From positions 11,940 to 75,939 of the forward strand of contig JAYTUC010000027.1 in assembly GCA_043744775.1 (NCBI GenBank): 64,000 bases of DNA, given 5' to 3'. Positions 18,486-27,827 of this stretch are shown piece after piece. The DNA is from Fimbriiglobus sp. Its GTDB lineage: Bacteria; Planctomycetota; Planctomycetia; Gemmatales; Gemmataceae. A model generated the notes under the pieces. The model worked only from the letters and a program-made list of their open reading frames with translations. It did no database searches and had not been told where the DNA came from. The position numbers and the translations under genes are program-made. The first letter of the stretch is position 1; each line of letters opens with the position of its first letter.

Positions 18486-20783
18486 ATGAACCCGATCCTG
18501 ATCGCCGGCGTGGCCCTCGTCGGCCTGCCGGTGCTGTTGCACCTGATCCTCAAGCAGGAGCCGCGGCGGCTGCCGTTCCCCGCGTTGCGCTTCCTTCAGG
18601 CCAAGCAGCGGACCACTTCGCGCAAGCTCAAGCTGCGACACTTCGTGCTGTTGGCGATGCGGACGCTGCTGATCGCGCTGCTCGCCGTCGCGTTGTTCCA
18701 GCCCAAGATCCCCGCCGACTTCTCCGGGGCGTACGCCGGCCTCGACTTCGGCGAGGGCCGGCCGCTCGCCGTCGTCGTGGTCATCGACACCACGCCGAGC
18801 ATGGGCTACACCGCTGACCGCCGCACCCGGCTCGACGAGGCGGTGCGCCGCGCCGTCGAACTCGTCGATCGGCTGCCGGGGGCGTCGCGCGTCGCGGTGC
18901 TGACGACCGCGGAGCCGTTCGCGCCGTGGGAGTTGACGCCTGCCGACGCCCGCCGACGCCTGGAGTCGCTCAAGACGCCCGACGGCTCCGGGCTGCCGGT
19001 GACGAGCGTCTTGCCGAACGCCTACCAACTCTTCGCGGCGCTCGACGCCGAGTCGGGGTCGCTGGAGGCCGACCCGCTGCCGCGACTGGTGGCCGTGTTC
19101 ACCGACCGCACCGCCGAGTCGTGGAAGGCCGACCGCGTCGAGGACTTGAAGGCCGCCGCCGAGCGCCTGCCGTCGCCGAAGCCGGTCCACTTGCTCTTCG
19201 ACGTGGGCGTCGAGCAGCCGGCGAACGTGAGCCTACTCGCCGCCGAGGTCCGCCCCGCGGTCGCGCCGGCCGGTGCCCCGGTGACCGTCACGGCCACCGT
19301 TCAGGCGACCGGCCCGGCCGTGCCGGCGGCGCGCGTCAAGTGCCGGCTGACCGACACGGGGGCGACCGCGGCCAACGACGTGGCCCTGCCGGCCGGCACG
19401 CCGACGCTCACGGCCTTCACCTTCCGCGACCTGAAGCCGGGGTTGCACCAGGCCGAGGTGACCCTGGAAGCCCCGGACAACCTGGGGCCGGACGGCGTGC
19501 CGGGCTTCGACAACGTCCGCTACGTCACCTTCCGCGTCGGCGAGAGCCGGCGCACCCTCACCGTCTGCGACGACCCGACCGACGCCGCGTTCTGGCAACT
19601 GGCCCACCAAGGGGTGCGCGAGTTCGCCTGCGACGTGGTGACCCCCGCGGCGGTCAAGGACTTCGCCGCCTACGACGTGGTTTGCTTCCTCAGCCTGAAC
19701 GACCCCGCCAAGCCGCTCGCCGACGGCGAGAGCCTGTGGGCCAAGGCGTCGCGGTACGTCGGCCGCGGCGGCCGCTTGCTCGTCATCCCTGGCGGCCTCG
19801 ACCAGATCACGCTGAGCAGCTACGACCCCAACGGCCCCGCCGCGCGCTTGATGCCGGGCAAACTCACCGCCGTGATCGACGCGGCGACGCTGCCGAAGCC
19901 GGCCGACGCCACCGAACCCGACCGGCGGCTCGGCGTGAGTTGGTTCCTGGCCGGCGACGACGCCCTGCGGCACCCGCTGATGGCCCCTTTCAAAAAGTGG
20001 CAACTCAGCGGCAAGGTCGATTTCCTGATCAACCCGCGGCGGGCCTGGAAGTTCTGGGAGGTCGAGGCCAGCCCCGAGAACGTCGTCGCCCGCTACGACG
20101 ACAGCCCCGACGCGGCCAAGCGCCATCCGGCCGTCCTGGAGCGCGAGACGCCCGGAGGCGGCAAGGTCCTGCTGCTGACCACCCGCATGGACTCGCCGTG
20201 GGACGCGGAGCGGAAGTGGCACGACTACTACGAGTCGGCCGGCAGTTCGTGGGGCATCGTCTTCCCGAACCTGTTGGCGCGTTACCTCGCCGGCGACGCG
20301 GCCGAGGGGCTGTTCCAGTATACCGCCGGCCGCGCGGTGCCGGTGCCGCTGCCGAAGGGCGGCGACGCGGCCAAGGCGCTCGTCTTCGAGGGGCCAGGCG
20401 TGCGTCCCGAGGAGGCGACGCCGAAGGTCGAGCCGGGCGCGGCCGAGTGGCGCTTGCCGCCGGAGCGCACCCGCACCCCCGGCAACTACGCGCTGCGCAC
20501 CGAAGACCGCAGTTGGCAGGAGGGCTTCAGCCTCAACGCCCCCGCGGAGGAGAGCAACCTCGCCAAGGTCGATGCCGCGGCGATCGAGGCGTTGACCGGC
20601 CCCGGCGCGATCGTCGCCGTCGGCAAGGACTTCGACCTGGGCGCGTTGCTCGCGGGCAAGAGTGCGGACCTGCCCCTGCTGCCGTGGCTTCTGCTCGCGC
20701 TGCTGGTCCTGTTCGCGCTCGAGGGCGTGTTGGCGAACCGCTTCTACCGGCTGGGTCGCTCCCCGGCGGGCGGCGGGCGTTAG
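18486..20783 (+). CDS. BatA-type N-terminal double-TM + vWA domain membrane protein
   Basis: 'MNPILIAGVALVGLPVLLHLILKQEPRRLPFPALRFL' is a BatA-type N-terminus. vWA MIDAS-like 'VVVVIDTTPSMG'. C-terminal TM 'LLPWLLLALLVLFALEGVL'. Confidence 0.75.
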   Translation: MNPILIAGVALVGLPVLLHLILKQEPRRLPFPALRFLQAKQRTTSRKLKLRHFVLLAMRTLLIALLAVALFQPKIPADFSGAYAGLDFGEGRPLAVVVVIDTTPSMGYTADRRTRLDEAVRRAVELVDRLPGASRVAVLTTAEPFAPWELTPADARRRLESLKTPDGSGLPVTSVLPNAYQLFAALDAESGSLEADPLPRLVAVFTDRTAESWKADRVEDLKAAAERLPSPKPVHLLFDVGVEQPANVSLLAAEVRPAVAPAGAPVTVTATVQATGPAVPAARVKCRLTDTGATAANDVALPAGTPTLTAFTFRDLKPGLHQAEVTLEAPDNLGPDGVPGFDNVRYVTFRVGESRRTLTVCDDPTDAAFWQLAHQGVREFACDVVTPAAVKDFAAYDVVCFLSLNDPAKPLADGESLWAKASRYVGRGGRLLVIPGGLDQITLSSYDPNGPAARLMPGKLTAVIDAATLPKPADATEPDRRLGVSWFLAGDDALRHPLMAPFKKWQLSGKVDFLINPRRAWKFWEVEASPENVVARYDDSPDAAKRHPAVLERETPGGGKVLLLTTRMDSPWDAERKWHDYYESAGSSWGIVFPNLLARYLAGDAAEGLFQYTAGRAVPVPLPKGGDAAKALVFEGPGVRPEEATPKVEPGAAEWRLPPERTRTPGNYALRTEDRSWQEGFSLNAPAEESNLAKVDAAAIEALTGPGAIVAVGKDFDLGALLAGKSADLPLLPWLLLALLVLFALEGVLANRFYRLGRSPAGGGR

Positions 20784-20818
20784 TCCGCCGAGTCCGATCG
20801 CCCTCGCGGAGTCTGCCC

Positions 20819-21496
20819 ATGCGGAACCTGGCCGTCGGCGACATCCACGGCCGCTTCCGGGCGCTCACGACGCTCGCCGCGGCCGTGCCGTTCCGGCCCG
20901 ACGACACCGTCATCACGCTCGGCGACTACGTCGATCGCGGCCCCGACTCGCACGCCGTCCTCGACTGGCTGATCGCCTACGCCCGGCGCGGCACGCTCGT
21001 CGCGTTGCGGGGCAACCACGAGATCATGATGCTCGACGCCCATGACGGCGGCGAGTCGCTTTCGCGCTGGCTCGGCTGCGGCGGCGACGCGACGCTGGCC
21101 TCGTACTCGCCGCTGGGCGACGCCGGCCGGCTGGCCGACGTGCCCGACGCGCACTGGCAGTTCCTGGAACACCAGACGCGGAGCCACTTCGAGACGGCGA
21201 CGCACTTCTTCGTCCACGCCAACGCCTACCCCGACGTGCCGCTTGACGAGCAGCCGGACTTCATGCTGTACTGGGAGGGGTTCGGCGAGCCGCCGCCGCA
21301 CGAGTCAGGCAAGGTCATGGTGTGCGGGCACACGCCCCAGAAGTCCGGCCGGCCGCGAGACCTCGGCCACGCCGTCTGCCTCGACACGCACGCCCACGGC
21401 GGCGGCTGGCTGACGTGCCTCGACGCCGGCAGCGGCCGCTACTGGCAGGCCAACCAGCTCGGCGAGACGCGGCGCGGCGACCTCGACGGGCGCTGA
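20819..21496 (+). CDS. Metallophosphoesterase (PPP-family Ser/Thr phosphatase / ApaH-like)
   Basis: 'VGDIHGRF', 'LGDYVDRGPDS', 'LRGNHE', 'CGHTP' motifs. ATG at 20819. The longer ORF from 18926 is a shadow. Confidence 0.85.
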   Translation: MRNLAVGDIHGRFRALTTLAAAVPFRPDDTVITLGDYVDRGPDSHAVLDWLIAYARRGTLVALRGNHEIMMLDAHDGGESLSRWLGCGGDATLASYSPLGDAGRLADVPDAHWQFLEHQTRSHFETATHFFVHANAYPDVPLDEQPDFMLYWEGFGEPPPHESGKVMVCGHTPQKSGRPRDLGHAVCLDTHAHGGGWLTCLDAGSGRYWQANQLGETRRGDLDGR

Positions 21497-21527
21497 CGGC
21501 CCCGCCGCAGGCGCACGGGGCAGGTGG

Positions 21528-22199
21528 CTACTCCGGCATCTCCAGGATCAGGTCGAGTACCCAGCAGCCGCGGCGGTGCTCCCCCGGCTCGCGGCAGTGG
21601 CCCAAGATGTCCGCCTGCTCGCAGCCAGCTTCCTCGAGCGCGTCGGCCAGGACCGGCAGGCGGTCGAAGGCCTGAATCTCGTAAACGCACGAGGCGAGTT
21701 GGAGCACGTCGGTGGTCCGCCAGCGGGACTTGAACCAGGGCGCGGCGAACGGGTTGCCGAAGAACTCGCGGAGCAAGTCGGCCTGGAACGCGAAGTCGTC
21801 GCCGCCCGCCGACCCGACGACGCCGGCCCGGTAGGCCGCGGCGACGGCCGACACGACCACGCGCCCGGTATTGACATCGGGGTTGTGGGGCAGGGCGAGG
21901 GGGGCACCATCCACCAGGGGGTCGGGTGACTCGCCCCCCGCGACAGCGAGGGCTTCTTGCGCGACCACCCGCCCCCGCCACAGCTCGTCGTACGTGTACC
22001 GTGAATATCCGGATTCGTCCTCCTCAACAGCCCTGGCGTACTCGAGTGCCAGCGCGAGTTGCGGGTGGTCAAGGCGTTCTAGCGCCTTGCGGAACGACGC
22101 GGCGGCGAAGAGCCACCACTTGCGGACGCCCGCGGAGTTGATCAGCATCGGCAGCATCGCCAGAGGGTCGCGACACGTCCGCCATTGCTCTTCGTCCAC
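21528..22199 (-). CDS. Hypothetical protein (planctomycete/myxobacterial-type C-terminal 'LADALEEAGC...HCR...H.RGCWVLD' motif)
   Basis: GTG start with a G-rich SD. Protein-like composition. No catalytic motif recognised. Confidence 0.55.
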   Translation of the reverse strand: MDEEQWRTCRDPLAMLPMLINSAGVRKWWLFAAASFRKALERLDHPQLALALEYARAVEEDESGYSRYTYDELWRGRVVAQEALAVAGGESPDPLVDGAPLALPHNPDVNTGRVVVSAVAAAYRAGVVGSAGGDDFAFQADLLREFFGNPFAAPWFKSRWRTTDVLQLASCVYEIQAFDRLPVLADALEEAGCEQADILGHCREPGEHRRGCWVLDLILEMPE

Positions 22200-22236
22200 C
22201 CGTCAACCCCCCTTACTCACAACGCCGTCAACTCCG

Positions 22237-22389
22237 CCGCAGGCGCGGCGAGCGGCGGACGTCAGTCCGCTGTTCCAACCTGTTACGGGGAGTCCAGCCC
22301 GCGGGCAGTCTCGGGCGCACGCAAGCGGCAGTGCCCCCCACGCCGGGCTGGAACAGCGGACTGACGTCCGCCGCTCGCCGCGCCTGCGG
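22237..22389. repeat. Perfect 41-bp inverted repeat with 71-nt spacer
   Basis: CCGCAGGCGCGGCGAGCGGCGGACGTCAGTCCGCTGTTCCA (22237-22277) is the exact reverse complement of 22349-22389. It fills the gap between two minus-strand genes. Confidence 0.9.
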
Positions 22390-22391
22390 CG

Positions 22392-23951
22392 TCACCGGCT
22401 CGTCAGCGCGCGGAACGGGGTGACGAAGTCCTCGACGCGGTAGCCGTTGAGCCGCGACTGCCGGGACTGCCAGTCGAGCGCGGCCGGCTCCCGCGCCGCG
22501 CCGGCCGGCCGGGGGCGCACGGTCGTCGGCAAGACCTTCGCTAGCGCCGCGAGTCGGTCGGCGGGCAGGCCGTCGGAGAGGGCGACGTAGCCCCACGTCA
22601 GCACCAGCGCCGCCTCGGGGTCGCGGTTCGCCTCGCCGAGCGCGGCGTCGCCGAGGCGTTGACGCAGCGCGGCGACTTGCGCCTCGGAGTACAGCGCGGC
22701 GGGGTGGCGGCTCTGCACGTCGAGGAAGGCGTCGCACCAGCGGACGAGATCGGCCGCGGCGATTCGCACCGCGTCGGCGTTGCCGAACGGCCTCTCGACC
22801 GCGGCCGCGCTCAGGGCGTCCCACTTCGTCGCGAACTCGGCCGCCGACGCCTTCAGGGTCGCGTCCGGCGATGCGGCGGCGTGCGCGGCGACGACCCCGG
22901 CGAGCGCCGCGATCGACGGCCGCAGGGTCGGCCGGCCGGGTGCGCCGTGCTTGGGGCCGCGGGCCTGGCGGTCGCTCGGCGTCTTCAAGTCGTGGTGGCA
23001 CGCGGAGCAGTCGAAGCGGGCGAAGTCGAGCCCGTCGCGCGTCGAGTCGGTACCGGTTTGCAGCATCGTCGCCTCGGCCCGCAGCGCGGCGACCGCCCCG
23101 GCCGCGAGTTCCCGGCCCGCCGGGACCTCGTCGCCCGCCGGGTGGGAGTGGTAGCGCCGCCAGAGTTTGCCGGGGTCTTCGGCGAGCTTGTCGAAGTGCG
23201 GCAGCTTCGCCGTCGGTGCCCAGTGGCGCGGCTCGCCTTCGAGGTACGTCGCCAGCTCGAACGGCGGCAGCGGCGGGTGCCCGGCGGCGTACAGGTCGTG
23301 CGTCACGACGCGGCCCAACTCGTCGCTGCCGACGTGGCAGGTCGCGCACAGCCTCGCCTTGACCGCCGGGTCGCGCAAGTCGCGCAGACCGGCCTTGGCC
23401 TTCGCCGCCGGGTCGAGCTTGCGCCACGGCAGCGACTTCACGCCAGCGGCGTCGGTGCGCTCCTCGTAATGCTGCGTCTGCCACGCCTTCGCGGTGCCGT
23501 GGCAGGCCGTACACGACACGCCGTCCTTCGTGTCGAAGCGCGTGACGTGGTCGTGGACCGGCGGCGTGGCGTCGTCGCCGGCGAGCGTATCGACGGCGTG
23601 GCAGGTGGCGCAGTGGGCCGCGACCCAGACGGCGTCGTGGCCCTGCGGCAACCGCGAGAGCATCTTGCGGCCGAGTTCGTTGGTCATGCCGCGGTACGCC
23701 GCCGAATGCGGGTCTTCGCGCGGCCAGGTCCGGCCTTCGCTCAGCAGGATGAACTCGTGCGAGTCGTAGCGCGTGGCGAACGGGTGGCTCGCGGCGTCGG
23801 CGACGGTGGAGTTGTGGCACGCCACGCACGAGGCGACGCCCGCCGCCCCCAACGGCTCGGCGCGCGGCTCCGGCGGCGCAGCCAGGCCCAGCCCGGCGAC
23901 CGCGAGTGCCAGCAGTGTCGCCCCGATGGCACTCATGCGTGTCGTCGTCAT
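22392..23951 (-). CDS. Periplasmic pentahaem c-type cytochrome (paralogue 1)
   Basis: Signal peptide. Five CxxCH motifs (CVACH, CATCH, CTACH, CATCH, CSACH). Shared 'THDLYAAGHPPL' block. ATGA overlap with the upstream paralogue. Confidence 0.85.
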   Translation of the reverse strand: MTTTRMSAIGATLLALAVAGLGLAAPPEPRAEPLGAAGVASCVACHNSTVADAASHPFATRYDSHEFILLSEGRTWPREDPHSAAYRGMTNELGRKMLSRLPQGHDAVWVAAHCATCHAVDTLAGDDATPPVHDHVTRFDTKDGVSCTACHGTAKAWQTQHYEERTDAAGVKSLPWRKLDPAAKAKAGLRDLRDPAVKARLCATCHVGSDELGRVVTHDLYAAGHPPLPPFELATYLEGEPRHWAPTAKLPHFDKLAEDPGKLWRRYHSHPAGDEVPAGRELAAGAVAALRAEATMLQTGTDSTRDGLDFARFDCSACHHDLKTPSDRQARGPKHGAPGRPTLRPSIAALAGVVAAHAAASPDATLKASAAEFATKWDALSAAAVERPFGNADAVRIAAADLVRWCDAFLDVQSRHPAALYSEAQVAALRQRLGDAALGEANRDPEAALVLTWGYVALSDGLPADRLAALAKVLPTTVRPRPAGAAREPAALDWQSRQSRLNGYRVEDFVTPFRALTSR

Positions 23952-25423
23952 CGCGAGACCCTTGGGCCGGCCGTGGCGTCGTGGAGTGTGCGGAAGTGGC
24001 TCAAAATGTCGCCGCGGACCTCGCCCAGACCGGCGGGGCTGTCGGAGCGCACGCCCTTCGCGTCCGCGGGGAAGGCGAGGCGGCCGGCCAGCCCGCGCAC
24101 CGGCGCGGCCCAGCCCGGTGTGGTCGCGCGGCCGCCGCCGGCGTGGTACATCGCGGCGCAGCCCAAGTAGCGGGCGGCGAGCGCGTCCCAGTCGGCGTCG
24201 GCGAGCGCGGCGCGGTCGGGGGTGACGGCCGCGGACGCCAGGGCGTTGGCGACGCGGCGGGGCACGTCGGGGGGCAGGCGCGGCAGCCCACCGTCCTCGG
24301 CCGCCTGCAGCTGCGCGAGCCAGGCGTCGAACTCCGCGACGGCGTCGGCGGCCAGCCCGGCGACCGTCGCCGCCGCGGGGCTACGCTTCGCCATCTCGCG
24401 TTGCAGTGCCGTGAACGCGGTGAGCTTGGGCGGGGTCGTGCCGGGGTAGGCCGCCGGGGCGAACTCGGCCGCGACGCCGACCGTCGTGGCGACGCCGACC
24501 TCCCAGCCGGCCAGCGCCGCCGGCTTCGGGGCCGCGGCGACTCCGGTGGTCTTGCCGAGGCTCTGGTGGCAGGCGTAGCAGCTCTGCCCGGCGAACTCGG
24601 GCCACGGGGTCGCCGACCCCGCCACGGCGGCGCGACTCGCCCGGACGCGCAAGAGTTCCGTCGCCGCGCGGGCCGTGACCGCCTGCCCGGCGAGCCAGGC
24701 CCGCGCCTCGAAGTCGGGCTGCGGCGTCTTCTCGACCCAGTGCCTGGCGTACCCCGTGTCGAAGTGGAAGCGGGTCGCCTCGAAGCCGAGCCGCGGGTGG
24801 CCGGCGGCGATCAGGTCGTGGTTCACCTCACGCGTCGCGTCGCCGACGTGGCAGCCGACGCAGCCGCCGGAGCGGCCGACTTGCCCTTTCGTCGGCGCGA
24901 AGCCGTAGCGCTCGAACTTGGCGCGGGCCGACAGCGCCGACCAGCCCGGCGCGACGTGGGCGGCGTTCCACTTCTCCGCCGCGCCGTGGCAGCCTCCGCA
25001 GCCGACCCCGTCGGCGTGCCACTCGGGGGCCGCCCCCGGCACGGCGTGGCAGTTGAGGCAGCGGGCGTCGCGATGCGGCACGAGGTTGAGCGCGGTGCCG
25101 ATCCGGTGGGAGACTTCGTTGAACAGCACGCGGTGGGCGCGGGCGTGCGGGTCCGACGGCCGGCCGGGGAACGCCTCCGCGGCCCACGTCGAGTGCTCGC
25201 CACCCTTGGTGCCGGCCGGGCCGCCGTGGCACGAGTCCGACGCGCACGAGCCGCTCGACAGTTGCCGGAACGCCGCCGCTTCGCCGCCGTAAGGCTTGCC
25301 GGCAGCCTGCGACTGTTGAACGCGCGGCTCGGGCGGGGTGGCGGTGAGTAGCGGCAAGCCGACGGCCCCGCCCACGACCGCGAGGGGCCAGAACAGCAGC
25401 AGGCAGCGTAGGCGTCCGGTCAT
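23948..25423 (-). CDS. Periplasmic pentahaem c-type cytochrome (paralogue 2)
   Basis: N-terminal hydrophobic leader. First motif CASDSCH is CX4CH, followed by CLNCH, CGGCH, CVGCH, CYACH. 'NHDLIAAGHPRL' block. Confidence 0.85.
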   Translation of the reverse strand: MTGRLRCLLLFWPLAVVGGAVGLPLLTATPPEPRVQQSQAAGKPYGGEAAAFRQLSSGSCASDSCHGGPAGTKGGEHSTWAAEAFPGRPSDPHARAHRVLFNEVSHRIGTALNLVPHRDARCLNCHAVPGAAPEWHADGVGCGGCHGAAEKWNAAHVAPGWSALSARAKFERYGFAPTKGQVGRSGGCVGCHVGDATREVNHDLIAAGHPRLGFEATRFHFDTGYARHWVEKTPQPDFEARAWLAGQAVTARAATELLRVRASRAAVAGSATPWPEFAGQSCYACHQSLGKTTGVAAAPKPAALAGWEVGVATTVGVAAEFAPAAYPGTTPPKLTAFTALQREMAKRSPAAATVAGLAADAVAEFDAWLAQLQAAEDGGLPRLPPDVPRRVANALASAAVTPDRAALADADWDALAARYLGCAAMYHAGGGRATTPGWAAPVRGLAGRLAFPADAKGVRSDSPAGLGEVRGDILSHFRTLHDATAGPRVSR

Positions 25424-25454
25424 CGGGCGGTTCCTGCTACGGACACGGGGCGAG

Positions 25455-26828
25455 TCACCGGCGGGCGTCGCGCAGGGCTTCGTCGATCGCCAAGTTCGCG
25501 TCGCGCGGCGTCACCCGGAAGCGCTCAACGGCCACACGGACCGCGGGGGTCTGTGTGCCGGCCGAGCGCTCCAGGGCGGCCAGGCCGCGCAGCACGCCGT
25601 CGGCGTCCAGCCCCGCGGCCGACGGCGGGAAGACGCGACGCGCCAGCGGCCGCAGGTCGCCGTCGGCGTGGGCCAACTCTTCGCGCCACGCCGCGAGTTG
25701 GCCGGCCGCGGCGGTCGCCCGCCGGGTGACTTCGGCCGGGGCGGGGGCGCGGCTCGTGCCCATCCACGCGGCCAGCGACGCGAGTTCGGACGCCTCCGCC
25801 AGCGTGCCGCCGGTCAGCGGCCAGAGCGACTGCCAGCGCGTCGCCCCGAGTTTGCCGCCGGCGACGGGGCGCTCGGGGCCGGGGATCGCGTGGTGGCAGC
25901 CGCGGCAGTCAGACTCCGCGAGTTCCGGCCAGACGCCGTGGGCGGCGCGGTCGGCCAGCAGTCGCGCCGACGCCTCGCCGCAGGCGGCGCGGCCGACAAG
26001 CCACATGCGCCACGCGGCGTCCGGCCCGCGCGGCGGCTGGCCGGGGCGGGTGCGGTACTTCTCGGACCAGTGCGGCGTCAAGCGGAGTTGGGCCTCGGCG
26101 AAGTCGAAGCCGTCGAGCCGGGGGTGGCCGGCGGCGATCATGTCGTGGTTCATGTCGCGCGGAACCGCGGAACCCCCGACTTCGGCCGGCGCGCCGACGT
26201 GGCAGCCGGCACAGGCGGCGGCGCGGCGGCCGAGGTCGTACAGTGGGGCCATCCCGGTCGCGGCGTAGCCGGCGGCGCGCTCGGCCGGCGTCCGCCAGGT
26301 GGTGTGGTCGCGCAGGTAGCGCTCGGCGTGGCCGTGACACGACTCGCACCCGATCCCTTGGGCCAACGCCGCCTCCGGGACGCCGGGCCGCCCGACGAGT
26401 TGCGGGTCGGTGTGGCAAGCCAGGCAGCGATCGTACTCGGTCGCCTTCAACAGCCCGCCCGACGGCTTGGGGACATTCAGACGCGCCATCATGGCAATTG
26501 CGAGCGGCAGTTTTAACGCGTCGTAAGCCTGGGTGTGGGGGTCGCGGGCTTGCCAGTGCGTCGCCGCGCCGGCGTAGCCGTGGGCGTCGATCGGCGAGGT
26601 CAGCGACGGGGCGGGGCCGCCGTGGCAGGCCGTCGCCGCGCAGCCGGCGTTGCCGACGCGCTGACTCGCGGCGGCGACTTCAGGGGGGACCCGGTCCGCG
26701 GCCGGGGGCGTGGCGGCGGGGACCTCGGAGTGCGACTTCAACGGCGACAGGGCGAGCGCGAGCAGGCCGCCGACGGCGACCACGCCGCAGGTCAGGTATC
26801 GCGTCCGTCCGTCGAGTCGCCGCGCCAT
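25455..26828 (-). CDS. Periplasmic pentahaem c-type cytochrome (paralogue 3)
   Basis: Start ATG 26828 ('MARRLDGRTRYLTCGVVAVGGLLALAL'). First motif CAATACH is CX4CH, followed by CLACH, CESCH, CAGCH, CRGCH. 'NHDMIAAGHPRL' block. The upstream part of ORF to 27293 looks non-coding. Confidence 0.8.
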   Translation of the reverse strand: MARRLDGRTRYLTCGVVAVGGLLALALSPLKSHSEVPAATPPAADRVPPEVAAASQRVGNAGCAATACHGGPAPSLTSPIDAHGYAGAATHWQARDPHTQAYDALKLPLAIAMMARLNVPKPSGGLLKATEYDRCLACHTDPQLVGRPGVPEAALAQGIGCESCHGHAERYLRDHTTWRTPAERAAGYAATGMAPLYDLGRRAAACAGCHVGAPAEVGGSAVPRDMNHDMIAAGHPRLDGFDFAEAQLRLTPHWSEKYRTRPGQPPRGPDAAWRMWLVGRAACGEASARLLADRAAHGVWPELAESDCRGCHHAIPGPERPVAGGKLGATRWQSLWPLTGGTLAEASELASLAAWMGTSRAPAPAEVTRRATAAAGQLAAWREELAHADGDLRPLARRVFPPSAAGLDADGVLRGLAALERSAGTQTPAVRVAVERFRVTPRDANLAIDEALRDARR

Positions 26829-26984
26829 CGTCCGCCCCGTGCCCAGGGATTGCGTTGTGCCTAAGCTACCAGGCTCCCCGCGCCGTGGCGCACGCGATCC
26901 CCCGTTTCGGCGTGCGAATTCGACCGCTTCCTGATACAAAGACCGTCCAGCCATCACACCCTGCCAGTTTACGAGGACGGCCCC

Positions 26985-27824
26985 TTGCGCTTCGGTTCGG
27001 CCAAGTCGGTGCGCGGCCGCGTCGGCCGGCTCGTCGCCGCGGCGACCGTGGTGGCCGCCGCGCCGCTCGCCGCGGTCTACGCCGCGTCGCTCGTCGGCCT
27101 CGGCGACTGGCCGCCGCGGCCGAGTGCGCCGTTCGGCTTCACTTGCGGCGTCGCCGTCGGGGCGATCGTGCTCTTCGAGATGCTGTTGGCCCCGCGTAAG
27201 TGGCTGCGCGGCCGGCGACTCGGGGCGACGCGGGTCTGGATGAAGGTCCACGTCTGGCTTGGCCTGGTCGCGTTGCCGCTGGTGTTGCTGCACGCCGGCC
27301 TCGGCTTCGGCGGGCCGCTGCCGGCCGCGACGCTCACACTGTTCTTACTCGTCTTCGCCAGCGGCGTCTGGGGCCTGGCCCTGCAACAGTGGCTGCCGCA
27401 GAAGTTCCTCACGGACATGCCGGGCGAGGTGATCGTGGCGCAAATCCCCGTGCTCGCCGACGCCGCGGCGGCCGAGGCGGCGCGGGTCGTCGCGGCCTTG
27501 CCCGGCCCGCCGCGCCTTGAGGTGGCCGGCTTCCGCGACGCCGACCTGCTGCCGTACCTGCGCTCCGGGCGTGGCTCGCGCGCGGCCCTGGCCGGCCGCG
27601 CCGAGGCCGACCGGCGCTTCCGGGAGCTGGCCGGCACCGCCACGCCCGAGGCGGCCATCGCGTGGGCGCGCCTGCGCGAACTCGTCGATGTGCGGCGGCA
27701 GTGGGACGCCGTGGCGGCGTACCACTTCTGGCTGCACAACTGGCTGCTGATTCACCTGCCGCTGTCGGTGGGGATGACCGCGCTGATGGTCGTCCACGCC
27801 GTCCGCGCCCTGAAGTACTGGTGA
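26985..27824 (+). CDS. Integral membrane protein, putative dihaem b-type cytochrome (two H-x13-H helices)
   Basis: TTG start 6 nt after GAGGA. About five hydrophobic helices. 'KVHVWLGLVALPLVLLHAG' and 'LIHLPLSVGMTALMVVHAV' each have two His separated by 13 residues. Its stop lies 3 nt before the decahaem gene. Confidence 0.55.
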   Translation: MRFGSAKSVRGRVGRLVAAATVVAAAPLAAVYAASLVGLGDWPPRPSAPFGFTCGVAVGAIVLFEMLLAPRKWLRGRRLGATRVWMKVHVWLGLVALPLVLLHAGLGFGGPLPAATLTLFLLVFASGVWGLALQQWLPQKFLTDMPGEVIVAQIPVLADAAAAEAARVVAALPGPPRLEVAGFRDADLLPYLRSGRGSRAALAGRAEADRRFRELAGTATPEAAIAWARLRELVDVRRQWDAVAAYHFWLHNWLLIHLPLSVGMTALMVVHAVRALKYW

Positions 27825-27827
27825 CCC

